Assembly: GCA_043804515.1 (NCBI GenBank)
Contig: JAZDIZ010000008.1
Span: 1 to 16,094, forward strand
Length of the DNA stretch: 16,094 bases
DNA from: Pseudomonadota bacterium
GTDB taxonomy: Bacteria > Bdellovibrionota_G > JALEGL01 > DATDPG01
Reading direction: 5' to 3'
Part shown: positions 7,501 to 13,872 of the stretch, one piece after another
Layout of the letters: every line of letters begins with the position of its first letter
Position numbering within the stretch: the first letter of the stretch is position 1
Notes under the pieces: generated by a model
What the model was told of the DNA's origin: nothing
Database searches by the model: none
The model's input: the letters and a program-made list of their open reading frames with translations, nothing else
Made by a program: the position numbers and the translations under genes

Positions 7501-9105
7501 CCGACGGGAAGAACCGTGACTCCCGTTCCCAAAAAGGGAGTCCGGTTCGAAAATCCCGTCTATCGCAAGGGCGCGCTCACGTTCACGTGCTACGAGCCCG
7601 CGCCCAAGCTTCCCCAGGAATGGGCGTTCCGGCAGGGCCGCCTGGCACCGTTCGAAAGATTGAGATCCGCCCGCGACGCCGAGGGGCGATCATCGGTATT
7701 GGAAGGGGAGGAGCGGCTCTACGTCTTTGATCCGGAAAACCGGCGCTCGACGGAGGTGGCCGGCCCCGTGGCAGGCTATGCCACGTCCGGTGACGTAATC
7801 GTATACAGCACGAAGTCGGGCGAGCGGCTCCAGCTTTTTTCCTTCGATCGGCGCACGGGGGAACGGAAGCAGTTGTTCAAGGAAGACCGGGACCAGATCG
7901 ATCCTTCGCTGGGCAAGGACAAGATTGCGTGGTCGTCGCACCTTGAGGAGCGATGGAGCGTGGAAGAAGCGCCGCTCAATGGCGGGGCTCCGAAGATTCA
8001 CAAGCTGAAGGATTACGATTTGGTTTCTCCGAAGTTGGAGGGGGATCAAATCACCCTCAAGGCGTATCCGTCGCTCCAAAAGCCACCGTACGAAGCGGAA
8101 GGACCCTTCCGGCCGGGGTTCCCCAGACTCCTGGAACCCGAAGCGTACCGAAACGAATACCGGGTTCAGTCTCTCATGGCCGGCGCGGCGTACGACGGCT
8201 CGAGTGTCCGGCTCTTGGTGACCGGATATGCCGAGAACCTCTTCAGCGATCACGGCGTGTTCGTGAACGGCGTGTTCCTGGGGGACAGCCAATTCGCGTC
8301 CGCCAGCTATGCGGACCTCGTGAACGGCCGCACGTACACGCTCTTCTACGATTTTCAGGACGCCCTGAGAAACGGAGGGATCAACGTCAGCAAGAGCTTC
8401 ATCCTGGACCGCTTCCGAGAGTTCGTTCTGTTCGGGGAGTTCGAGTTCCAGAACTACGGCCTCTCCGCGCCCGACACCGCCTACTACATCACGCCCGACG
8501 TCGAGAACCGGACGTTTTATGTCGTTAAAGCCGGCCTGGCCTACGCGTATGACGTGACGGTATGGGATTCCCACGGCCCCGTAACCGGAAGCCGCTTCTA
8601 CATTCAGGGTTCGGCAGGCGCGGACCCGCAGCACCATTCCCTCGCCAACCTGGATGCGAACCTGGACTACCGGCTCTACACCCAGGTTGTGGGACGCTTC
8701 GGCTTCGCGCATCGGATCGTGGCCGGAACGAGCCAGGGGGACCTGCCGGACGTCTTTCTCATGGGAGGGAACCTCTCGTTCCGCGGCGTCGGCTTCGAGG
8801 AGCTGCGCGGGCAGAACTACTGGGTGTTCAGCGAGGACATGCGCATACCGCTCTTCGACTTCCTCGGCGCGAAATTGTTCGATCCGCTGGACCAGATCTT
8901 GGGCTTCTTCACGAGATACTTCGACGTGCGTGGAGGCATCTACACGGATGTCGGGCAGGTTTGGTTCAACGGGAAATACGCCCATCCGGTCTATTCCGTG
9001 GGGTACTTCGTGAATGTCCCCACGATATTCGGCCTGCAGTTCCGTTTCAGTCAGGGTTTCGCCGGGAAGACCGGTTTCAGTTTCTGGGCCGGGGTGAATT
9101 GGTGA
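4594..9105 (+). CDS. Outer-membrane protein: signal peptide, peptidase MA-like zinc metallopeptidase, PD40/TolB-like beta-propellers, C-terminal Omp85/BamA-type barrel
   Basis: Signal peptide ending AAA. HEGTH (aa 199-203, nt 5188-5202) plus PLWFIEG. PD40 repeats (LDYSPVRRELVFS; EPRFSPDGKSLLYVS). Amphipathic beta-strands, Omp85 loop-6 motif GGNLSFRG (FRG at nt 8779-8787) and terminal aromatic residue (AGVNW). Confidence 0.85.
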   Translation: MRRFWTVFFLLLVSLPAAAGEKWKDSLMEADVLNGAPLNLLRLDDAYRNRAAYAQGEDLMEEIIRFIFPISGRQQRPPFMPLPYWGPKKPQYKVFDWHKYESDHFLFYTYPEGETVLPDVVQYMEEEHEKNNRIFGVENRFTKKVPVIFYMGRRDFEQSSVIGGPVPESLGGLTEIFAWKRVTYPFQGDQAQLEHVVKHEGTHVYQIAKGARRLPLWFIEGCAETNSIKWDAQAELTLRDAYLNGFFFKIDDLWQVDGTWLMYKEGNFICNVLWDEYGEKGFRKVYDHSSSMSFEDNLKESLGMTIPDLDRKVSEALARQYGPILGQHDLLEGVKPLMEKRVLLRSWGRYFLAGGTSGPREAIFLAHVGPDGKVQTEKVIADRHYKSESLNFFQKGAWLDERRIAYAIRRSERDVIRVLTYDYDAKKKKFNLGSETEISPPGIDTLSDPVLTGETSIAFVGFEKGFSNLYGYDWKSARLEKLTQDNHHYSGLDYSPVRRELVFSREDGPTGERCRYDRNLYSWSLEKKLLTKLTDTPKVIETEPRFSPDGKSLLYVSDERGTYDFYSYHFDTAETRAVTRMRIGVQHPGWGDGGTLFLNSYEKTTPQIYFIPFPNLRDRLIADLPFKAFVSARIEGNAVALAAPPEKKEISSGKHEDGLAAFHDKGVVYWEGEPYEANAVAVFPDRVLASTRMGLPDSKKVESDERKHFFSISSAVESLDSTRFARRGVSEDLSTEFSPKLGGRAIVDAWKEPAGGQVLLLVNNRLASREKEFEKSPPLSLVFYDRTADRMVELKESPLQEITDRIQWVAFLKPSGILLAIGDRERGPFLLGVMDVTTGRFKSMDDMVPLFRVANDRGGFFWHQGRRVYMATAEEALAGKKRRLPKLAGSPVVGDYLLDGRLEFLTVRGKEWSAERFDAQGRQSERDILPHAKGEKLTQAAVDPETGAVAFGVRTKEGKQTVEELRTWDPTGRTVTPVPKKGVRFENPVYRKGALTFTCYEPAPKLPQEWAFRQGRLAPFERLRSARDAEGRSSVLEGEERLYVFDPENRRSTEVAGPVAGYATSGDVIVYSTKSGERLQLFSFDRRTGERKQLFKEDRDQIDPSLGKDKIAWSSHLEERWSVEEAPLNGGAPKIHKLKDYDLVSPKLEGDQITLKAYPSLQKPPYEAEGPFRPGFPRLLEPEAYRNEYRVQSLMAGAAYDGSSVRLLVTGYAENLFSDHGVFVNGVFLGDSQFASASYADLVNGRTYTLFYDFQDALRNGGINVSKSFILDRFREFVLFGEFEFQNYGLSAPDTAYYITPDVENRTFYVVKAGLAYAYDVTVWDSHGPVTGSRFYIQGSAGADPQHHSLANLDANLDYRLYTQVVGRFGFAHRIVAGTSQGDLPDVFLMGGNLSFRGVGFEELRGQNYWVFSEDMRIPLFDFLGAKLFDPLDQILGFFTRYFDVRGGIYTDVGQVWFNGKYAHPVYSVGYFVNVPTIFGLQFRFSQGFAGKTGFSFWAGVNW

Positions 9106-9704
9106 CGCCGGCGCGCAAACCCGATTTCTATTACCGCAAGGCGAAGAGAGAAGGTCTCGTCGCAAGGTCGGTATTTAAACTTAAAGAATTGGATGAGAAA
9201 TATAGGCTTATCCGCCCTGGATTTAAGGTTTTAGACCTAGGCGCGTCCCCGGGTTCCTGGTTGGATTACGTTTCCGGGATAATCGGGGACGGAGGTCTCG
9301 CCATCGGGGTGGATCAAAATCCGCTCCGGGAGACACTTCGCCCCAACATGAGGTTTCTGAAAAACGACGTTTTCACGATTGAATTGGCTCAACTGCGCGA
9401 ATTTTCGCCGGAATTTGACGTCGTGATCAGCGATCTGGCCCCGGCGACGACCGGCGACCGGGACGGCGACCACGTACGCTCGGTGGAACTCTGTGAAAAA
9501 GCGAAGAGTTTGGCGCTTCAACTCCTGGCCGCCGGAGGCTCTTTTGTCTGCAAGATGTTCCAGGGAGCCCAGACCAAGGATTTCGTCGAAAGCCTCCGCC
9601 CTAATTTTGCACAGGTGAAAATCCAGAAGCCGGAGGCTTCCCGCGACGAAAGCCGCGAGATCTACATCGTGGCCCTGGATTTCCACTCGTCTGATCGTTC
9701 TTAG
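9102..9704 (+). CDS. rlmE: 23S rRNA Um2552 2'-O-methyltransferase RlmE/FtsJ
   Basis: True start is probably GTG 9102 (GTGA overlap), not 8562. DFYYRKAKREG..ARSVFKL, VLDLGASPGSW, VISDLAP, CKMFQG, KPEASRDESREIY give the K-D-K-E tetrad. Confidence 0.93.
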   Translation: MTPARKPDFYYRKAKREGLVARSVFKLKELDEKYRLIRPGFKVLDLGASPGSWLDYVSGIIGDGGLAIGVDQNPLRETLRPNMRFLKNDVFTIELAQLREFSPEFDVVISDLAPATTGDRDGDHVRSVELCEKAKSLALQLLAAGGSFVCKMFQGAQTKDFVESLRPNFAQVKIQKPEASRDESREIYIVALDFHSSDRS

Positions 9705-9710
9705 CTGCTA

Positions 9711-9738
9711 GCAAAAGCAAGCGCTCGTATCTCCCGCA
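9711..9738 (+). repeat. 28-bp direct repeat, left copy
   Basis: gcaaaagcaagcgctcgtatctcccgca; 26/28 identical to 11508-11535. Confidence 0.85.
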
Positions 9739-9897
9739 TGTGCGCAGGACGCTTGGGTTTGGGTGACACCCGTCTAAGAGCTTTTCATTCCACGGTACGA
9801 CCTCGACGTTCTCGATACCGACGGAGTTCGGTGATTATGTGCCAAGATTTCAGCGAGGCACCATCTGCCGGGCCCCAGGGAAGGAATCTCTGTATGT

Positions 9898-11058
9898 CTA
9901 CTGATTCCGCTGAGGAGGGCAACCCTTTTGAAATTGCTCTACGATGGTGCTCAGCGATTCCTCCGGCACGCCAAGATCTTTCCCTTCCTGAATCGTGCTG
10001 ATCGCCCCAGATTGGTCTCCCATTTGGCACTTCGTAATGGCTTCATGGTAAAGGGCGGAGAACTTCAGGTCATCGGTAACGGACTTCATCGTCTTCACTC
10101 TCTCAAATTGTTCGCAAGCGTTCGAGAATTGTCCCATGTCCTGCAAGATCTGCCCGAGGGTCAATGCAGCTACGCCGCCATCTGGATAGAGTTTTTCAGC
10201 GTCCTGGCACCACGAAACGGCTTGATCGAATCGCTTCTGGAATCGACATCTCAAGGCTTGTGAAAGGTAGGCTCTATAAGGCGGGAACTCATCTCGTGGA
10301 TATTCGTCTCTGCCGTCCTTTTCGTGGGCCGCGAGAAAGATCTTCCACATTTGCCTTACCGCTTCCAGAGACATCTGTTTTGGATCCCTTTCTAAATCGT
10401 AATTGCGATTCAACCGCACGATCTGCCGAGAATATTCGCTGTAGGTCATTGCATTGGGATCGGATGCTTTGGAACCGTCTTGATCCATTAGAGACCGATC
10501 CGCGACGTGAAATGCACCGAAGAGATGACCTACTTCATGCATAACCGCGTTAGCTACTTGATAATCATTTACGATGGCGAATTTCATTATGGGTGCGCGA
10601 ACAATGATTACGACCCGTCCAAAAGGTGTTGTATGGTCATGGAGTCTATGTCCCCCTTTATCGAAGAAGATAGAAATCCCGCCGTTTGGGGCCTGATTCC
10701 ACAAATAGTTCTCAAAAGTGGCTGAGGCTACACCATCAGCATCTCCGGTGAGACGGACCAACTCGTTTTCGGGCACAAGAGCAACACGACGGAGCCTGAA
10801 CTGAATATCAAACTCCGACCATTTCTTGTTGAGGTCTTCGAAAACATAATCCTTGAGAAATGTTTCTGCTTTTTTCCATTTCGGATGATTCGAATAAACG
10901 TCTGCAAAACCTTCACTCAGAAATGCGTTGACCGGGACGATACGAGGGGAGCTAAGGCGCGATGTCGGCGAGTGCGGCGATCGTTCTGCTGTCAGTCCCT
11001 GCTGAGTTAGGAGAATAGATATGAATGAAGCTGCAACGATGTAGAGGCGATTTCTCAC
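9898..11058 (-). CDS. Secreted metzincin-type zinc metalloprotease with C-terminal TPRs
   Basis: HEVGHLFGAFH (HExxHxxGxxH) and Met-turn SLMD; TPR-like C-terminus (AALTLGQILQDMGQFSNACEQFER; ALYHEAITKCQMGDQSGAISTIQEG). Start reassigned from 11130 to GTG 11058 based on a GAGG RBS and signal-like MRNRLYIVAASFISILL. Confidence 0.8.
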   Translation of the reverse strand: MRNRLYIVAASFISILLTQQGLTAERSPHSPTSRLSSPRIVPVNAFLSEGFADVYSNHPKWKKAETFLKDYVFEDLNKKWSEFDIQFRLRRVALVPENELVRLTGDADGVASATFENYLWNQAPNGGISIFFDKGGHRLHDHTTPFGRVVIIVRAPIMKFAIVNDYQVANAVMHEVGHLFGAFHVADRSLMDQDGSKASDPNAMTYSEYSRQIVRLNRNYDLERDPKQMSLEAVRQMWKIFLAAHEKDGRDEYPRDEFPPYRAYLSQALRCRFQKRFDQAVSWCQDAEKLYPDGGVAALTLGQILQDMGQFSNACEQFERVKTMKSVTDDLKFSALYHEAITKCQMGDQSGAISTIQEGKDLGVPEESLSTIVEQFQKGCPPQRNQ

Positions 11059-11085
11059 AGGGCATTCCTCTAATGCTTTGTTGAT

Positions 11086-11101
11086 AGCAAGATTCAGGCC
11101 A
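11086..11101 (-). promoter_or_regulatory. Sigma54 (-24/-12) promoter
   Basis: Minus strand TGGCCTGAATCTTGCT = TGGC-N7-TTGC with exact GG-N10-GC spacing, 27 nt upstream of GTG 11058. Confidence 0.65.
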
Positions 11102-11507
11102 CGGATCTCAATCCGATCCGGCCACAACATATTGAAATTACGTCATTAATGCCTCGTCCCCTGTAGCTTCCCGAAAAGTATTACAGGGAATCGCTCCTCG
11201 CATGGGACATCCTGAACACAGGCCTTTTTGTAGTGCTTACACTGAAAATCCGCCGAACGAGAGATTTCCGCGGACACCCCACAAATGAAAAGATCCGCAT
11301 CCATGGCGGATCTCTGAGGGGACGCAGCGGCGCCATAAATCTTTGCCGCCGCCCGTTTAATAGCTGGTACCTGGCTGGAATTGGAAGTGGCTTGGATGAA
11401 ACGACCGCTGAGGCCGTTGTCGATTTGCAGCGTACGGATCGATCCGGTCTGATCTCAGCATAAGGCATCGAAATTCACCCGTACGACGGGGTCCCGCAAC
11501 AATGTAT

Positions 11508-11535
11508 GCAAAAGCAAGCGCTCCTGTCTCCCGCA
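11508..11535 (+). repeat. 28-bp direct repeat, right copy
   Basis: gcaaaagcaagcgctcctgtctcccgca; 26/28 identical to 9711-9738. Confidence 0.85.
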
Positions 11536-11609
11536 AAGGAAGAATTAGGGAAACTCGAAATTGCGGTGAGGCAGTGACCATGGGTGTCCTAAGTCTTCTT
11601 TGCGGACGA

Positions 11610-11656
11610 CCGGTCAGGTGACCGGAGACGGGTATCCGGAAGGCTGGCTTCCGGAT
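11610..11656. repeat. Two adjacent hairpins
   Basis: ccggtca-gg-tgaccgg (11610-11625) and atccggaag-gctgg-cttccggat (11634-11656). Confidence 0.5.
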
Positions 11657-11720
11657 TAGGAAATCAGACTTTTGGTGAGCCTATAGAGCCTAGCACCAAT
11701 GCGGTCCGCTAGGCGGAACA

Positions 11721-11790
11721 AGGCAGTCAGGCATTCCGTCCCTGGCAACCAGGCATCGGTTCCGGAATCCGGCAACCGAATCCGGATTCC
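11721..11790 (+). repeat. Degenerate heptamer array GG(C/A)A(T/A)C(C/G), left arm
   Basis: Units GGCAGTC, GGCATTC, GGCAACC, GGCATCG, GGAATCC, GGCAACC, GAATCC, GGATTCC. Confidence 0.65.
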
Positions 11791-11808
11791 CGTCCCCTGA
11801 TTCTTTTC

Positions 11809-11955
11809 AGGGAGAGACTACGGTTCTATTCCATCGCCTTTGGGTCACTACGCGAGGTCCAGGCGATTCTGGACTTGGAGCCGAGGTTCGATAGTTCGGT
11901 CCGCAGGCTGGTGGATCACTTGGGAGGTTGTCTATACCGCTTAACGCATCAATAA
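11809..11955 (+). pseudogene. C-terminal half of a four-helix-bundle (23S rRNA-IVP/TIGR02436-like) protein
   Basis: Manual translation RERLRFYSIAFGSLREVQAILDLEPRFDSSVRRLVDHLGGCLYRLTHQ* carries the family motif RF..IA.GS..E. In-frame TAG at 11710-11712 and no ATG/GTG/TTG between it and the fragment. Confidence 0.75.
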
Positions 11956-11969
11956 CCCGGCCTCCGAAA

Positions 11970-12010
11970 CGGATTCGGAATCGGATGCCTTGATGCCCGA
12001 TGCCGGATTC
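11970..12010 (-). repeat. Degenerate heptamer array, right arm (inverted)
   Basis: Reverse complement reads GAATCC GGCATCG GGCATCAA GGCATCC GATTCC GAATCCG. Perfect pairings: 11765-11774/12001-12010 and 11776-11784/11970-11978. Confidence 0.65.
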
Positions 12011-12066
12011 AGCTACGGAACGCAGGCAACGACCCCGGCCGGCTCCACTAATGGATTCAAAGTGTT

Positions 12067-13776
12067 TCAGCGTGTGGGGAGCTGGATCGTGAAGTGGGTG
12101 CCCCCTTCGGGGCGATTCTTAAATTCGACGGTTCCACCGTGAAGCTCCACGAAGTACTTTACGAGATACAAACCGAGGCCGCTTCCGCGGATTCCCTTGT
12201 TCTTCACTTCGGCACCCCGATAGAACTTCGAAAAGAGCTTGCCCGAGTCCTCTTCCGAGATGCCCGGGCCGCTGTCAGCGACTTCCACATGGGCCCAGTC
12301 GCCGCTTTCCCGCGTCACGACATACACCGACCCGCCGTTGGGTGTGTACTTGATGGCGTTTTCGACGAGGTTCGCCACCGACTCCTGGATCAGCTCTGTG
12401 TCCATCTTCAGCGGAAAGAGCGGCTCCAGTTTTGTCTCGAGGCGGATTTCCTTGGCCTCGGCCGCGGGCCGGTGGGATTCCACGACCTTCTCCACGATCG
12501 CATTGAGGTCTTTCGTAGAGGCCCGGATCCGGAAGTCGGAGCGTTCTACCTGGGCGAGGCTTAAAATGCGCGATACGAAGCGATTCAAGTCCTCGGATGC
12601 CCGCAGAATCCCGGACAGCTCCTCCCGCGCGGAGGGGGACAGCTCTTCCTTCTTTTTGAGGAGCGTTTCCGCCAGGCCCTCGATTCTCGCGATGGGTGTC
12701 TTCAAATTGTGGGAGACCAAAGACATGAAATTGGCCTTCAGCGTTTCCACCTCGGAGTGCAACCGGTTTTCCTGTTGGTAACGCCAGCGTCCTTTGTATT
12801 CGATGATGAGGCGGTACGGGATGAGGAAGTAATAGGCGATCAGCATCCCCCAAAGCGCCGGGTGGATATCCAGGAACACGCTCGAGTTGAGCGCGGCCAG
12901 AGACGCGACGAACAGGAGAACCATCGCCAGAAAGATCAAGAAAATCCCGAGGAGCGGCGTGGTCCAGAACAGAACGCTGGTCGTGAATACGGACAGCGCC
13001 AACGTCAGGAACACCGTGGCCCCCCGGGAGAGGACGCGGATTCCGGTCCCCCGGAGAACCGTGTCGATGACGTTCGCGCGGACCTCGGTCTCGTCGGCGC
13101 TGGTGGCACCTTGCCTGGGGAAAAAGGGCAACAGTCCGATGCGGCCGAGCGGTTCGCCGCCGGGAGGCGCAACCAGGATGATGCGGCCTTGGAGCGACCG
13201 GCGCGTGTCCTCTCGGGTAAGGACCTCGTTCATCGGAACGCGCGGATAGGTTCCCGGCGGGCCGGCGATGTTGAGCACCCGCGGGGGCCCCGATAGGAAT
13301 TTCCCGAGTTGGGTCGGGGAAACCGCCTTCATGAGATCCGTGTTCGCGAATCCCGTGAGAAACGGGTCGGTTTGGGATCTTCGCGCGATCCCGTCGACGA
13401 AGCTGGGAAGGCTTGCCAAGGGAAGACGCTCTTCTGCCGGTCGGGATGCGAAGGTCCGCCGCTCGAAAAAGACGGGGTAAGAATGTCCGGTCGCGACCGC
13501 CCGGATCTCCTCCGGCGTATTGAATGAAAAATCCAGCTCCACGGCTTTGGGAGGAGTCGAGTCGAGGCGATTGAGCGTTCGCGTGAGAAGCTCAAGCCAA
13601 TTCGATTCCGCCGCCTTCTCGCCGAATTCCACGATCGTGATTTCGGGATTGGGAGGGATCGGCCCGCGGAGCCTGACGAGGAACGCGAAGAGGTTGGCCC
13701 GGAGAGGAAGCCCGAGTCCCAGCACGAGCGCTCCTAGGGCAAGTCCTGCGAGGGGCGGGAGAAACTTTCGAATCAT
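12067..13776 (-). CDS. CHASE2-type membrane sensor histidine kinase (HisKA + HATPase_c)
   Basis: N-terminal TM; CHASE2-like segments (EITIVEF..; PKAVELDFSF; LQGRIILV; EVRANVIDTVL); three TMs; H-box SHNLKTP, N-box NLVENAIKY, G1 DSGPGI, F-box LFSKFYR, G2 GSGLGL. Confidence 0.9.
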   Translation of the reverse strand: MIRKFLPPLAGLALGALVLGLGLPLRANLFAFLVRLRGPIPPNPEITIVEFGEKAAESNWLELLTRTLNRLDSTPPKAVELDFSFNTPEEIRAVATGHSYPVFFERRTFASRPAEERLPLASLPSFVDGIARRSQTDPFLTGFANTDLMKAVSPTQLGKFLSGPPRVLNIAGPPGTYPRVPMNEVLTREDTRRSLQGRIILVAPPGGEPLGRIGLLPFFPRQGATSADETEVRANVIDTVLRGTGIRVLSRGATVFLTLALSVFTTSVLFWTTPLLGIFLIFLAMVLLFVASLAALNSSVFLDIHPALWGMLIAYYFLIPYRLIIEYKGRWRYQQENRLHSEVETLKANFMSLVSHNLKTPIARIEGLAETLLKKKEELSPSAREELSGILRASEDLNRFVSRILSLAQVERSDFRIRASTKDLNAIVEKVVESHRPAAEAKEIRLETKLEPLFPLKMDTELIQESVANLVENAIKYTPNGGSVYVVTRESGDWAHVEVADSGPGISEEDSGKLFSKFYRGAEVKNKGIRGSGLGLYLVKYFVELHGGTVEFKNRPEGGTHFTIQLPTR

Positions 13777-13807
13777 GGACGATCCATCTTAAGCCGAACT
13801 GAAAGAC

Positions 13808-13836
13808 TTGTAACTTGTCTTTGATCGTTGGATACT
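13808..13836 (+). promoter_or_regulatory. Possible sigma70 promoter of the permease
   Basis: TTGTAA-17 nt-GATACT; weak consensus match. Confidence 0.3.
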
Positions 13837-13872
13837 GAATTCGCTTCCCCGTACAGCAAGAAAGGAGACGCA

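Noticed and set aside
8562..9101. 180-aa N-terminal extension of RlmE in the ORF track
   Set aside because: Arg/Gly/Pro-rich off-frame read-through of the barrel gene; RlmE similarity starts at GTG 9102.
7690..9165. Long antisense ORF (491 aa), and similar ones such as 4546-5457, 1858-2418 and 13906-14466
   Set aside because: They mirror well-supported + strand genes; stop-poor antisense frames are expected at high GC and show no motifs.
11420..11505. Possible selenoprotein: minus-strand TGC-TGA followed by the palindrome cggatcgatccg
   Set aside because: No recognisable redox fold, weak start, and the palindrome lacks a convincing SECIS-type loop.
9711..11535. CRISPR array or integron attC interpretation of the 28-bp repeats
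   Set aside because: Only two copies 1.8 kb apart, no spacers or cas genes, no RYYYAAC/GTTRRRY attC ends and no intI.
11809..11955. Diversity-generating retroelement (Avd-like four-helix bundle)
   Set aside because: No reverse transcriptase and no TR/VR pair; the mismatches between the 100-nt repeats are compensatory rather than adenine-specific.
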